A stretch of DNA of 64,000 nucleotides, taken from assembly GCA_965223905.1 (NCBI GenBank), contig CBDCXV010000009.1:576001-640000 (forward strand), in the 5' to 3' direction. This document shows, piece after piece, positions 14,886 to 25,705 of the stretch. The stretch comes from Candidatus Latescibacterota bacterium. Its GTDB lineage: Bacteria; Latescibacterota; UBA2968; UBA8231. Every line of letters begins with the position of its first letter. The first letter of the stretch is position 1. The notes beneath the pieces were generated by a model. The model had not been told where the DNA came from. It saw nothing but the letters and a program-made list of their open reading frames with translations, and made no database searches. A program made the position numbers and the translations under genes.

Positions 14886-15375
14886 GCTTCGACTGGAAGA
14901 GTTCGACACCGGCTCGGTCGGCCAGCTGCACGGCGTCTTGGCGATCGAAAGACAATCCTTTCGCAATCCGTGGACGGTTGCTGAATTTCAGTTCCTCGCC
15001 GAAGACGGGCGCGCGCTGAACGTCGGCTTGTGGCGTGACCGGCACCTTGTCGGTTACGCCATCGGGTATGCCGAGGGGGCAGACTTCCACCTCGCCAGCT
15101 TGGCCGTCGAGCCAGCCTGGCGCCGACGAGGCCTTGCGACCCGGCTACTCGAAAGCATTCTCGAGAAAGCTTGGAACCGCGGTTGCACTACCTGTCGCTT
15201 GGAAGTTCGTCCTTCCAACAGGGCCGCCCAGGGGCTGTATAAAAAACTCGGGTTTGAGGCCGCAGGGGAGATCCCCCGGTTCTACACCTGCCCGGAAGAG
15301 GATGCCCTCCAGCTTCGGGGACGAATCCGGGATATCCGCGGCCGGGAAATTCACAGCGATGCTGAAAACACTTAG
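14878..15375 (+). CDS. rimI: RimI-like GNAT N-acetyltransferase
   Basis: IERQSFRNPW, LAVEPAWRRRGLA, LEVRPSN, LYKKLGF, EDA. GTG 14878 overlaps the end of tsaB. Confidence 0.88.
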   Translation: MPELRLEEFDTGSVGQLHGVLAIERQSFRNPWTVAEFQFLAEDGRALNVGLWRDRHLVGYAIGYAEGADFHLASLAVEPAWRRRGLATRLLESILEKAWNRGCTTCRLEVRPSNRAAQGLYKKLGFEAAGEIPRFYTCPEEDALQLRGRIRDIRGREIHSDAENT

Positions 15376-15457
15376 GTTACTCTGTCTGCGGCGATGGTCG
15401 TTCCGACGCCGCCCGGGTTCACTCTCGGGATAACTGGAACTCAGGAGCGGGTATACC

Positions 15458-16567
15458 ATGGCGGAAGTGGTCCTCAAGAACGTCCGCAAGGTTTTCGACA
15501 GGGAGGTCGTTGCGGTCGAAGACGCGAACATACGGATAAGCGACCGCGAGTTCGTCGTCTTGGTAGGACCCTCGGGCTGCGGCAAATCGACGATGCTGCG
15601 GATGGTTGCTGGCCTCGAGGAAATCACCGAAGGCGAGATCTACATCGACGGTCTGCTTGTCAACGACATTCCGCCGAAAGACCGGGACATCGCCATGGTT
15701 TTTCAGAACTACGCCCTTTATCCGCACATGACCGTCTACCAGAACATGGCCTTCGGCCTGAAGCTCCGTAAATATTCCAAGAAGGAGATCGAAGAAAGAG
15801 TCCGGGAGGCAGCCGATATCCTCGGAATCGAGGAGTTGCTCGAACGCAAGCCAAAGGCGCTTTCGGGCGGCCAGCGGCAGCGAGTGGCGGTCGGCCGCGC
15901 CATCGTGCGCAAGCCCAAAGTTTTCCTCTTCGACGAACCGCTGTCGAACCTCGATGCCAAACTGCGAGTTCAAATGCGCACCGAGATCAGCAAGCTTCAC
16001 ACGCGCCTTGAGGCCACCATGATCTACGTGACGCACGATCAAACCGAGGCGATGACGATGGGGGACCGTATAGCCGTGATGAAAGAGGGCCGCATTCACC
16101 AGGTAGACACCCCGCTCCATCTCTACGACCATCCTGTCAATCAGTTCGTAGGCGGTTTCATTGGGAGCCCCTCGATGAATTTCATCGAGGGCAGGCTGGT
16201 GGCCAACGGACTCGGCCTCGTCTTTGACGAGGGCAACTTCCAGATTTCGCTTCCTGCGGAGTACAGCGACGGTCTTGGCGACCATCGCGGCAGGGAGGTA
16301 ATCCTCGGTATCCGTCCCGAAGACATACACGACCCATACACGATCGGAACCGGAAAACAGACGGATGAGATTTCGGCGCGCGTGGAGGTCGTCGAACCGA
16401 TGGGCAGCGAAGTGTTCCTGTATGTCACTACCGGGAAGTCCTCCTTCGTAGCCCGTGTCGATCCGCTTCATATTCCAACCGTTGACCAGCAGGTGCCCCT
16501 GGCGGTCGAAGTCGATCGGGTCCACTTCTTCGATCGCGACAGCGAGGCCAGCCTCCTGATGAATTGA
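15458..16567 (+). CDS. ugpC: MalK/UgpC/MsiK-type sugar ABC transporter ATPase
   Basis: GPSGCGKST, VFQNYALYPHM, LSGGQRQRVA, DEPLSNLD, C-terminal TOBE region (GIRPED). Confidence 0.92.
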   Translation: MAEVVLKNVRKVFDREVVAVEDANIRISDREFVVLVGPSGCGKSTMLRMVAGLEEITEGEIYIDGLLVNDIPPKDRDIAMVFQNYALYPHMTVYQNMAFGLKLRKYSKKEIEERVREAADILGIEELLERKPKALSGGQRQRVAVGRAIVRKPKVFLFDEPLSNLDAKLRVQMRTEISKLHTRLEATMIYVTHDQTEAMTMGDRIAVMKEGRIHQVDTPLHLYDHPVNQFVGGFIGSPSMNFIEGRLVANGLGLVFDEGNFQISLPAEYSDGLGDHRGREVILGIRPEDIHDPYTIGTGKQTDEISARVEVVEPMGSEVFLYVTTGKSSFVARVDPLHIPTVDQQVPLAVEVDRVHFFDRDSEASLLMN

Positions 16568-16586
16568 GGAGGCCGCCCACCAGGCC

Positions 16587-17678
16587 TTGTCACTCCAACG
16601 CATCACCGGCCAGCCCCGCGCCAAGGCGCAGATAGCAGCCTGGTTAACTGCTGGGCGGCTGCCCCACACGGTTTTGATCACGGGCCGGGAGGGGGTTGGA
16701 AAAAGGGAGCTGGCGTTCGAACTGGCGCGCGCCATCAACTGCCGGAGCGCCACGGATGCCTGCGGTGAGTGCCCTTCCTGTCTCAAGACCGCTTCCCTGT
16801 CCCACAGGGACTTGCACGTGCTGATGCCGCTGCCGACCGGCTCGAACCGCAGCGACGAGGTGATGATGGCCGCAATGCGGGAAGCGGCGCTCGAATATCT
16901 GGAACAGCATACGAGCCTCAAGCACAGTAACTCAAACATCCCAAGGGACTACGTCAGGCTGCTTCACCGCGAGATGTCCTACGCTCCGGCGGAGGGGCGC
17001 CGGCGTATCGGGATTATCTTCGAAGCGGATTGCATGCTGCCTTCGGGAGCCAATTCCCTTCTCAAGATTCTCGAGGAACCTCCGCGCCACTCGGTATTCA
17101 TACTGGTGTCTTCGGCGCCGCACCTTCTGCTGCGGACCGTGGTGTCTCGCTGCCAGCGACTCGACCTGCGTCCGCTGAGCACGGCCGAGTTGGCCAAGCG
17201 CCTGAGGGAGCGGGGCGTCGACTCGTACCGCGCCGAGCTGGCGGCGCGTATCGGCGCCGGGAGTGTCCGACGCGCCGACGCCGTTATAGATCACGCCGCA
17301 GAATTCCAGGAGCGGCGCAATCGGGTGGAGCGCTTCCTGCAGGCGGGATTTCAACAGGAGGACGGCGCCTATTGGGCTGCACTCGAAGAGCTGGGAGCGC
17401 GCGCCGACCGCGGACAGCTCGACAGCTTCCTCGAGATCTGCGGAGTTTACCTGAGAGACCTGTTCCTGATGGGGCAGGGCAGAGCCGAGAACGTCACCAA
17501 CGCCGACCGTATCCCGTGGCTGCAACGACAGCTACGGACGCTGAACCTCCCGGCACTGGAGGTGAGCGCCGAACGGCTCGACCGCTCATACGCCGATCTC
17601 CACGGCAATATCAACGTACAGCTGCTGCTCGCCGATTTCTGGCAGAGCCTGCGGCGGTGCGCCCGCGCTTCCCGGTAA
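16587..17678 (+). CDS. holB: DNA polymerase III subunit delta'
   Basis: GREGVGK, C-x6-CGECPSC zinc module, ANSLLKILEEP, TVVSRC. Confidence 0.88.
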   Translation: MSLQRITGQPRAKAQIAAWLTAGRLPHTVLITGREGVGKRELAFELARAINCRSATDACGECPSCLKTASLSHRDLHVLMPLPTGSNRSDEVMMAAMREAALEYLEQHTSLKHSNSNIPRDYVRLLHREMSYAPAEGRRRIGIIFEADCMLPSGANSLLKILEEPPRHSVFILVSSAPHLLLRTVVSRCQRLDLRPLSTAELAKRLRERGVDSYRAELAARIGAGSVRRADAVIDHAAEFQERRNRVERFLQAGFQQEDGAYWAALEELGARADRGQLDSFLEICGVYLRDLFLMGQGRAENVTNADRIPWLQRQLRTLNLPALEVSAERLDRSYADLHGNINVQLLLADFWQSLRRCARASR

Positions 17679-17844
17679 TAGTGCCTGCTCCCGCCATCCT
17701 CCTTGAATTCGGTCGCAGTTCCATCACTGCGCGAGGGGTTGCACTTGCTCTGTGTGTTCCAACCATTACCATGGTTCACGCCACTCGCGGACCGTGGGCA
17801 TCACTTTCGGCAGGTAGGCGGACCAACGTTCGTGAGCACTGTCG

Positions 17845-18720
17845 ATGAATCGACGCGCGGCAAGGAGGCGATACGGCCAACATTTCCTCGTCGACGCCAG
17901 CGCCGCAAGGCGGATCGTCGAACTGGTGCAGCCCCGGGAGGGGGACCTAGTGCTGGAGGTGGGACCCGGGACCGGAGCACTGACACGGGGCCTCGTCAGG
18001 CGCTTCGACCGCGTCGTCGCCGTGGAAATAGATCGCGACCTTGCCGCCCGGCTCTCCCGGTTGGCAGGCGAGGGTTTTGTCCTCGTTACCGAGGATGTTC
18101 TTGAGATCGACTTCGTCGATCTGCTGTTGAAGGAAGGTCGCCGCAAGCTGTGCGTCGTGGGAAACCTGCCGTACAACATATCCGCGCCGTTCCTGTTCAA
18201 ACTGCGGGAAAACGCGCGTCTGGTATCCTCGGCGGTGCTTACGCTGCAGCGCGAGGTCGGCCAGCGGCTTGCCGCAAATCCCGGATCGAAGACATACGGA
18301 GCGCTAACCGTGATGCTGCACCTTTGGTGCCGCTCACGCACCGTTCTGCAGCTGCCACCGCAGGCGTTCAGGCCCCGCCCACAAGTACAGTCCTGCGTGC
18401 TGCAGCTGGAATTCAGCGACCGTCCTCGCCTGGAATTGTTCAGCGAAGCGATGTTCGAGGGACTGGTGCGGGCTGCGTTCGGCCAGCGGCGCAAGATGCT
18501 GCGTAACGCCCTGCAACCATGGTGGGCTTCGCTTGCGGCCAGCGGCGAAACCTCCTTGGCGGAAGTCGCCGAGAACGCCGGCATCGACCTCAGTCTGCGC
18601 GCCGAAGCGCTGACTCCTACGGACTTCGCCGCCTTCAGCAACGCCATCAAGCAATGTGTCGACACCGAGGCCGGCGGCGATGCACAGGATTTGCCGGCCG
18701 CCACGCCCGCCACCGGATGA
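17845..18720 (+). CDS. rsmA: 16S rRNA m6,2A dimethyltransferase RsmA/KsgA
   Basis: GQHFL, EVGPGTGALT, EID, GNLPYNIS, AFGQRRKMLRN. Confidence 0.95.
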   Translation: MNRRAARRRYGQHFLVDASAARRIVELVQPREGDLVLEVGPGTGALTRGLVRRFDRVVAVEIDRDLAARLSRLAGEGFVLVTEDVLEIDFVDLLLKEGRRKLCVVGNLPYNISAPFLFKLRENARLVSSAVLTLQREVGQRLAANPGSKTYGALTVMLHLWCRSRTVLQLPPQAFRPRPQVQSCVLQLEFSDRPRLELFSEAMFEGLVRAAFGQRRKMLRNALQPWWASLAASGETSLAEVAENAGIDLSLRAEALTPTDFAAFSNAIKQCVDTEAGGDAQDLPAATPATG

Positions 18721-20672
18721 CGTTGTTTCGACATCGGATGTACGGGGTTCTTCTCGCCTTTTTTCTGTGGCTGTCACCTGCCATTTGCGCCGGGGCCGAG
18801 ACCTACAGCCTGTCGTTCAGCTCGGCCAGCGGGCGCATGAGTTGGAACCCCACTTTTCCAGGGTGGTCCTACTCGGCCCCAGTCGCTTTTTCCGCGGCCG
18901 GCGATTCGACTTCGATGCTGCGCCTGAACGCTTCGGCGTCGCTGAGGGCGAGCGTCTTCCCCCGTGACGGGCGTCAGAACCTGCAGGAAAACGGAAGGGT
19001 CGGCACCACTGTGAGCTACCCCATTCTTGGGCCAAAGGCGACGATAAGCGTCAGCGGCTCGATTTCGAGCCGCAGCGCCGCCCTGGTCAAGCAGAAGACG
19101 AGAAGCCAGTCGATCGGATTCGGCTTCGGGTATCAACCGCTGATAAAGTCAGACGGGGCTTTCCGCTCGATGCGGGTGAATCTGAGACCCGGGTTCATCA
19201 CGGCCGGCAAGGCGAGCCGCGCCAATCCCGACAGTACGATAGAGGAGCGAGGGCTGCAGTACAACGCTTCCCTCAACATGTCGCCCGGCTGGGATATTGC
19301 GGACAAAAAGCTCAGCACCTCGTTCGGTCTCACCAAGCAGGACAACACCCTGAAGAGCAACAAGAACAAGAACGAGAGCATGAGATTCAGCACGAGGTAC
19401 ACCTTTCCGAAGGGCGTCAGGGCGAATTTATCGGCCGGGGAGAGTCGCTCTCAGCGAGGGTTGACGCGAAGGGTCATCCTCGAAGAAAAAGAGGGAGATT
19501 TCGTTTCCAGGGATATCACGGAGCAGGCCGAGCTGTCGGAGACACGGAGCCGGAATTTTTCGACGACCCTCAAGGCAGAGGTCATGGGCTTCGACTTTTC
19601 TGCAGGACAGAGATGGCGCAGGTCGAAGAACACCAACACGGCCAATGCCGACGAGGATTTGCCCAATCCCTATTTCGCCAAGGACCGCGAGAGCGAAAGG
19701 TGGGAGTACGACGTGAGCGCCAAAGGTGAGTTGCCAGGCAATCTCGTCGGCAGCACGTCAGTGAAGTACAAGACCAGCGACGAGCGTCGCCTTCCGGTTA
19801 CGCGGAGCAGCGGACTCGTCTCCCGCGACGTCACCGGCGACCGCGACGACCGCCATCTGTTTCTTCGCGGCTTGCTCGACTGGCAGCCCAGCGAGGATCA
19901 CGGCATGACTTTGTCCGGGTCGTCGCGGGTGATCCGCAGCGACAACCCGGGTGAACCGGAACAGGACCGGGACACCTTCAACAACAGCGCCAGCCTGCGC
20001 TACCGCGGCCGTTTCGACAGCGGCCTCAATCTCAGCGCAAACATCGCCTCGAGCGCCACACATCGCGTCAACCTGCACTCGAGACGCTCCAGCCAGAACC
20101 AGCGCTCCCGCAACCTGAGTTTCAAGGTCAGCCCGAGCTATGAACGCCTGGAAGCCAGGATCAGCCACACCTTTCAAATATCGGCGCGGCGGACTATCTT
20201 CGACTTCGACCGGCAGATCAACCGCAGCGTCCTCGCACGTCGTAGCATTATCAGCCGCTCGTGGTCGATGGCCCATACCCTGGCGCGCTCCATAATCGAC
20301 AACCTTTCGCTCAACGTAACCTACAGATACAGGGCCGACGACAGGGGTATTCTGCTCGTCGAAAACTCTTCCCAGATCATCGAAGAGGACAACGCCGCTC
20401 ACAGGGTGAGGGTCAGTACACGGTACAAGCCGAGCTCGGCGATGTCGATCGGGACGACCTACGGATATGTCCTGGACCGGAAGTGGCAGTACTTATACAC
20501 GTCGAGCGGGAAAGAGCGGGATTTGCGGCGCCGAAATCCACACCGATCCTTTGCCATAAACGCCGAGTTCAATCCCCGCCCCGAAACCAGGATGTCGGCG
20601 AGGTTCAGTCGCGCGCGGCAGCTGAGCGGCACCTTTGACAGCCTTTCCGTTTTGATCAGTCGCCGCGTTTGA
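18717..20672 (+). CDS. Exported beta-strand-rich protein, probable outer-membrane beta-barrel of unknown function
   Basis: ATGA overlap with the rsmA stop, signal peptide ([17 protein letters not shown]), alternating hydrophobic/polar strands throughout, Ser/Arg-rich. Confidence 0.7.
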   Translation: MTLFRHRMYGVLLAFFLWLSPAICAGAETYSLSFSSASGRMSWNPTFPGWSYSAPVAFSAAGDSTSMLRLNASASLRASVFPRDGRQNLQENGRVGTTVSYPILGPKATISVSGSISSRSAALVKQKTRSQSIGFGFGYQPLIKSDGAFRSMRVNLRPGFITAGKASRANPDSTIEERGLQYNASLNMSPGWDIADKKLSTSFGLTKQDNTLKSNKNKNESMRFSTRYTFPKGVRANLSAGESRSQRGLTRRVILEEKEGDFVSRDITEQAELSETRSRNFSTTLKAEVMGFDFSAGQRWRRSKNTNTANADEDLPNPYFAKDRESERWEYDVSAKGELPGNLVGSTSVKYKTSDERRLPVTRSSGLVSRDVTGDRDDRHLFLRGLLDWQPSEDHGMTLSGSSRVIRSDNPGEPEQDRDTFNNSASLRYRGRFDSGLNLSANIASSATHRVNLHSRRSSQNQRSRNLSFKVSPSYERLEARISHTFQISARRTIFDFDRQINRSVLARRSIISRSWSMAHTLARSIIDNLSLNVTYRYRADDRGILLVENSSQIIEEDNAAHRVRVSTRYKPSSAMSIGTTYGYVLDRKWQYLYTSSGKERDLRRRNPHRSFAINAEFNPRPETRMSARFSRARQLSGTFDSLSVLISRRV

Positions 20673-20704
20673 GGCGCCGACTCGAAACCGTTGGAGCTCG
20701 TAAA

Positions 20705-21628
20705 ATGCCGGCAATGCCGAAATCCGAGTGCATATGGATGAACGGCGAGTGGGTCCCCTGGGACGATGCCAACATCCACGTCCTCTCTCATGTCGTGCAT
20801 TACGGATCCAGTGTATTCGAGGGAATCCGCTGTTACGCGACCCGAAGGGGTGCGGCCGTATTTCGCCTGCAGGACCACGTCGATCGCCTCTACGACTCCG
20901 CCAAGATCTACCGCATGGAGATACCATACACGCGCGAGGAGTTCTGGGAGGCGATTCTGGAAACTATTCGACGGAACAGGCTCGACGCCTGCTACATCAG
21001 GCCCATCGTCTACCGCGGCTACGGCTCGCTCGGAGTCGATCCCTTCACCTGTCCCGTAGACTCCGTGATCGCGGTCTGGGAGTGGGGAGAGTACCTGGGG
21101 GAGGAGGCCCTGGCCAAGGGGGTTTCGGTCTGCACCTCCTCTTGGAGCCGCATGGGGCCGAACACCTTTCCCTTTCTCGCCAAGGCGGGCGGCAACTACC
21201 TGAACTCGCAGCTGGTGCGCATGGAGGCGAACGCGAACGGCTACGACGAGGGTATCGTGCTCGGCCCCGACGGCCTGGTCAGCGAGGGCAGCGGAGAGAA
21301 CATCTTCGCCGTCCGCAACGGCCGCATCTACACGCCGGCCTCCAGCTACTCGATCCTTCCGGGGATCACCAGGCACACGGCGATCGCCATGGCGCGAGAC
21401 CTCGGGATGCAGGTGGAGGAACGGGGGATACCGCGGGAATTCCTGTACATCGCCGACGAGCTGTTTTTTACCGGAACGGCGGCGGAGATCTCGCCCATAC
21501 GGGCGGTGGACAAAGTGGAAATCGGTGACGGTCGATGCGGCCCGATTACGAAAAAGCTGCAGGATCTGTTTTTCCAGATTGTCAACGCCAGGACCGAGGA
21601 CCGCCACCAGTGGCTGACATTCCTGTAG
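20705..21628 (+). CDS. ilvE: Branched-chain amino acid aminotransferase
   Basis: [24 protein letters not shown] (PLP lysine), EGSGEN, LPGITR, TGTAAE. GGAG 8 nt upstream of ATG 20705. Confidence 0.95.
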   Translation: MPAMPKSECIWMNGEWVPWDDANIHVLSHVVHYGSSVFEGIRCYATRRGAAVFRLQDHVDRLYDSAKIYRMEIPYTREEFWEAILETIRRNRLDACYIRPIVYRGYGSLGVDPFTCPVDSVIAVWEWGEYLGEEALAKGVSVCTSSWSRMGPNTFPFLAKAGGNYLNSQLVRMEANANGYDEGIVLGPDGLVSEGSGENIFAVRNGRIYTPASSYSILPGITRHTAIAMARDLGMQVEERGIPREFLYIADELFFTGTAAEISPIRAVDKVEIGDGRCGPITKKLQDLFFQIVNARTEDRHQWLTFL

Positions 21629-21638
21629 AAAGAGGGCG

Positions 21639-23489
21639 GTGAAAAGCCGCGCGAATCCGGCGGTGTTCCCTCTTTTCACGGCGGCGCTGATCGTCTCCCC
21701 CGAGGTCTTCGGAGACGAGTGGGAGGAGGTGCAACGGATCCTCGCAGGCACCCGGGATATCGTCGTCCTCGACGGTGTGGAGACGGCTCCGGTGCGCTAC
21801 ACGGGCACGGCGGCACCGGAGTACGGGGACTGGCTGGTGCGCCATTTTCTGTCGGATCCGGAAAGCTTCAACCCGTACACCTCGAGCGATGCCGGCGCCT
21901 CCAGCGTGCGGGACTACATCTTCGAATCGCTGCTGTTGGCAGGGCGGGAACCGCCTTACGCACTCGAAGGACTGATCGCGGAAAGGTACCCCGAAGTCGG
22001 CGGCGATCACCTGAAGTACACCTTCGATATCCGCGAGGGGGTCCATTTTTCCGACGGAAAACCGCTGACAGTCGCCGATGTCCTCTTCAGCATGAAGGTG
22101 ATTCAGCATCCCGAGGTGCTGGCGCCCCATCTGCGAAACTACTACGCCTCGGTCAGCGACGTTCGTGTCGAGGGAGAATCTCGCATCTCCTTCTTCTGCA
22201 AGGAGCCGTATTTCCGCAACGACCTGATGCTGGGGAGTTTCAGCATCATCCCGAAGCACTTCTACGATTACGATGGCCTTCTCGATCAGGTCTCCATCAG
22301 CAGCCTGATAGACGGAACCTGGGAGCAGGGTGAGTACGCCGGGGAGGCGCGGGCGTTTGCCCGGGGCTTCAACCGGGACTTCAACCGCGCGGTGCTCGGG
22401 TCCGGGCCCTACCTCGTAGAGGACTTCGAGCGCGACGTCGTCACCCAGCAGAAGGTCGTTCTCACGCGCAACCGGAACTACTGGGCCCGGGACAAGGGAA
22501 TCGTTCCGGTATCCGGGTATGTCGACAAAATCGTCTTCAATGTCATCAACAACACCGATGCAGCTTTTATAGAGCTGACCAACGGCAACCTCGACATGTA
22601 CGGTCTGCGGCCCCTGGAGTTCAAAGAAAAGAGCTGGACTCCGGGGTTCCGCCAGCGGTTCCTGAAGGTCATCCAGTACGGAGGCGGCTTCACCTATATC
22701 GGGTGGAACAACGCTCACCCCCTGTTTCGCGACAGACGGGTGCGCCAGGCAATGAGCTTGCTAACCGACCGCCAAAGCATGATCGACAACCTGCTGTTCG
22801 GCCTGGGTGAGCCTGTGGCAGGACCCATCCACAAGTTTCGCCCCGAGTACAATCACGACCTCGAGCTCTACCCGTACGATCCCGAGCGCGCACTCGATTT
22901 TCTGGAGGAGGCCGGCTGGGAGGATGCGGATGACGACGGCATCCTCGACAAGGTGATCGACGCCGAGAGGGTGCCGTTCGAATTCGAATTCCTGGTCAAC
23001 TCGGGTAACCAGATTCGCAAGGACATCGCCCTGATCATGCAAAGCGAGCTGCAGGATATCGGCATCGACTGCCAGGTTCGCGAGCTCGACTGGTCGATTT
23101 TCCTGCAACGTGTCCGCAGCCGCGATTTCGCCGCGATGACGCTGGGGTGGACGGGGTACGTGCGCTTTCCACCTGACGGGTACCAGGTCTGGCACTCCTC
23201 CCAGGTCGATAGCGGCTCCAACTATATCGGATTCATCAACGCCGAAGTGGATGACATACTCGAGTCCTACCGGCGCGAGTTCGACCCCGCAAGGCGCATA
23301 GCGCTGTATCACCGCTTCCAGGAGATCCTGCATGAAGAACAGCCGTATACGTTTCTGTGGAAGGGAAGGAACGCACTGGCGTACAGCCGCCGTTACCAGG
23401 GCGTCAACTGGTACCCGGGAGGGGACCGCTCGAGTATCGCCGAGAACTCGCTGGAGTGGTGGGTGCGCGCCGAGGACCGCCAGTATTGA
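21639..23489 (+). CDS. Peptide/nickel ABC transporter substrate-binding protein (family 5)
   Basis: FHFSDG-like GVHFSDGKPLTVADVLFS, GSGPY, FRDRRVRQAM, YPYDPERA, EEQPY. Confidence 0.9.
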   Translation: MKSRANPAVFPLFTAALIVSPEVFGDEWEEVQRILAGTRDIVVLDGVETAPVRYTGTAAPEYGDWLVRHFLSDPESFNPYTSSDAGASSVRDYIFESLLLAGREPPYALEGLIAERYPEVGGDHLKYTFDIREGVHFSDGKPLTVADVLFSMKVIQHPEVLAPHLRNYYASVSDVRVEGESRISFFCKEPYFRNDLMLGSFSIIPKHFYDYDGLLDQVSISSLIDGTWEQGEYAGEARAFARGFNRDFNRAVLGSGPYLVEDFERDVVTQQKVVLTRNRNYWARDKGIVPVSGYVDKIVFNVINNTDAAFIELTNGNLDMYGLRPLEFKEKSWTPGFRQRFLKVIQYGGGFTYIGWNNAHPLFRDRRVRQAMSLLTDRQSMIDNLLFGLGEPVAGPIHKFRPEYNHDLELYPYDPERALDFLEEAGWEDADDDGILDKVIDAERVPFEFEFLVNSGNQIRKDIALIMQSELQDIGIDCQVRELDWSIFLQRVRSRDFAAMTLGWTGYVRFPPDGYQVWHSSQVDSGSNYIGFINAEVDDILESYRREFDPARRIALYHRFQEILHEEQPYTFLWKGRNALAYSRRYQGVNWYPGGDRSSIAENSLEWWVRAEDRQY

Positions 23490-23490
23490 G

Positions 23491-24532
23491 ATGACGGATA
23501 CCCGGGGAACCGCAAGGAATCGGCGAAGGGCGGCGTTGGCCCTGCTGTGTCTCGCCGCGGGGATCGCGCTCGGCTGCCAGGGATCGGCCCTCACGGGGGC
23601 GAAACTGTACCTGAAGCAGGGGGATCCGGAGAAGGCGAAAGAGCAACTGATGCTGGCTCTCGAAAGCGAGCCGGAGCACCCGGAGGTTCATTTCCTGCTG
23701 GGACGGATCTACGGCGAGCAGGGGGAATACGCGACGATGTCCGAGTCGTTCGACCGGTCGCTCGAACTATCGGAGGACTTCCGCCCTCAAATAGAACAGC
23801 TCCGTCGCCAGTATTGGACGCGCTTGTATAACGGGGGGGTCGAGCGCGCTACCGCTGAGTTCCCGGATTTCAGCGCGGCCGCGGCATCGTTCAAGCTGGC
23901 GACGACAGTCGACCCGGAACCCCTCGACGCCTGGCGCAATCTCGCCTACTCGCACTACCGCCTGCGCGATCTGGACGGCGCCATACAGGCTTACGAGTTC
24001 GTGGCCGCCAGGGCCCCGGAGGACAGTTCGACCTTCCACAGCCTCGGGATGCTCTATCTCGAGAAGGGGGATCTCAGGCTCCGCGGAGCGCACCTTCGAG
24101 CAGCTGCTCGAGTCCAATCCCCGGCACCTGGGAGCCCTGAACAGCCTGGCTTCCGTCTACATGGACAACGAGCGATACGGCGACGCCGAGGCCGCTTTCG
24201 GAAGGGCGCTCGAGGCGGCTCCCGATGTCTGGCAGACGCACTTCAACCTCGGCAATCTCTACTGGAAACAGGATCGCTTCGACGGCGCCCGCGACGCCTA
24301 TCTCCGGGCACTGGAGCTGAATCCGGACGACATCGATACCCGCTTCAACCTCGCCGTCACCTACCTCGCTCTCGAGAGTACGGACGAGGCCCTGCCCCAT
24401 CTCGAGGAGCTGTCGCGGCGGACCCCCGACAACGCCACCGTCTGGCGCGAGCTCGGTCGTGTCTATGCCCTCCAGGAGCGCATCGAAGAAAGCGAAGCCG
24501 CCTACGACACCGCCGCAGCCCTCGAAGAGTGA
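23491..24532 (+). CDS. TPR-repeat lipoprotein, split by a +1 frameshift near 24076 (probable sequencing error)
   Basis: Lipobox-like LGC after a hydrophobic signal, followed by repeated TPR motifs. Removing one A at about 24076 restores GDLGSAERTFEQLLESNPRHLGALNSLASVY, which continues into ORF 24161-24532. Confidence 0.8.
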
Positions 24533-24594
24533 CCTGAGAAGCGGTCCATTCCCCGACCCCGTGGCACTGCCAGCGGCGCGGCGATGATCGGGAA

Positions 24595-25698
24595 ATGATC
24601 CAGTACACGATTCAGCGTCTTCTGCTGGCGATCCCGACACTCGTTGGGATCACCGTCATTTCGTTCCTGATCATGCACCTCGCCCCGGGAGACCCGGTGG
24701 ACCTCTTCCTGGGGGGGGCTGCCAGCGGAGAGGGGCTGTCCACCGACCAGCGGGACCAATTGGAGCGAACCCGCGCCGACCTTCGCCGGCAACTGGGACT
24801 CGACCGTCCGTTGTACGAACAGTACGCCCGCTGGATGTCGCGCCTTGTGCTCTCCGTCGAGACCGTCGAAACGGGGGAATACGACGGCGCCGGGATCCTG
24901 CTCTACGAGGGTTCGGGGGTGCGGCTCGCAACCCTGGATTTCGGCCGTTCCTTCAAGGATCAGCAGCCGGTCATAGAGCACATAGCCACCCGCCTGCCGA
25001 TCACCGTCGAGATCGGCGTCATCAGTCTCGTCGTCGCCTACCTCATCGGGGTCCCGCTCGGAGTTCTGTTGGCTTCCAGGCAGGACAGCACGCTCGATCG
25101 CGCCCTCACCGCCGGCACCTTCATGCTGTGGTCGATGCCGTCGTTCTGGGTCGGGATGCTGTTCATCATGTTTCTCTGCAACGAGGAGTTCCTGCACTGG
25201 TTTCCGGCATCCGGTATCGTCTCGCTCGAGGCATCCGGAGAGTGGGGGTTCTGGCGGATCCTGAAAGATCACGCCCACCACATGGTGCTTCCGGTGCTGG
25301 CCTCGTCGTACGCCAGCTTTGCCGGTATCTCGCGCTACATGCGAACAAGCATGCTCGAGAACATCCGCCTCGACTATGTGCGCACGGCGCGGGCCAAGGG
25401 ATTGGCGGAGCGCTTGGTGCTCCTGCGCCACGTCCTCCGCAACTCGCTCATTCCGATCGTGACCTTGATGGCCGGGCTGCTTCCCGGGCTGATCGCCGGA
25501 TCGGTGTTCATCGAGACGATCTTCACGATTCCCGGGCTGGGTTTCCTCGGGTTCCAGTCCGTCATCGTACGCGACTACCCGATGGTCATGGCGATTCTCA
25601 CCATCGGATCGGCGCTGTCGCTGTTCGGCATTCTAGCCGCCGACGTGCTTCTGAAGGCGATCGACCCGCGCATCGATTTCTCCCGGGTGCCAGGGTAG
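24595..25698 (+). CDS. Peptide ABC transporter permease (OppB/DppB-like)
   Basis: APGDP, GLDRPLYEQY, DFGRSF, EAA loop DYVRTARAKGL, ETIFTIPGLG, RDYP. Confidence 0.92.
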   Translation: MIQYTIQRLLLAIPTLVGITVISFLIMHLAPGDPVDLFLGGAASGEGLSTDQRDQLERTRADLRRQLGLDRPLYEQYARWMSRLVLSVETVETGEYDGAGILLYEGSGVRLATLDFGRSFKDQQPVIEHIATRLPITVEIGVISLVVAYLIGVPLGVLLASRQDSTLDRALTAGTFMLWSMPSFWVGMLFIMFLCNEEFLHWFPASGIVSLEASGEWGFWRILKDHAHHMVLPVLASSYASFAGISRYMRTSMLENIRLDYVRTARAKGLAERLVLLRHVLRNSLIPIVTLMAGLLPGLIAGSVFIETIFTIPGLGFLGFQSVIVRDYPMVMAILTIGSALSLFGILAADVLLKAIDPRIDFSRVPG

Positions 25699-25705
25699 GT
25701 CCAGG

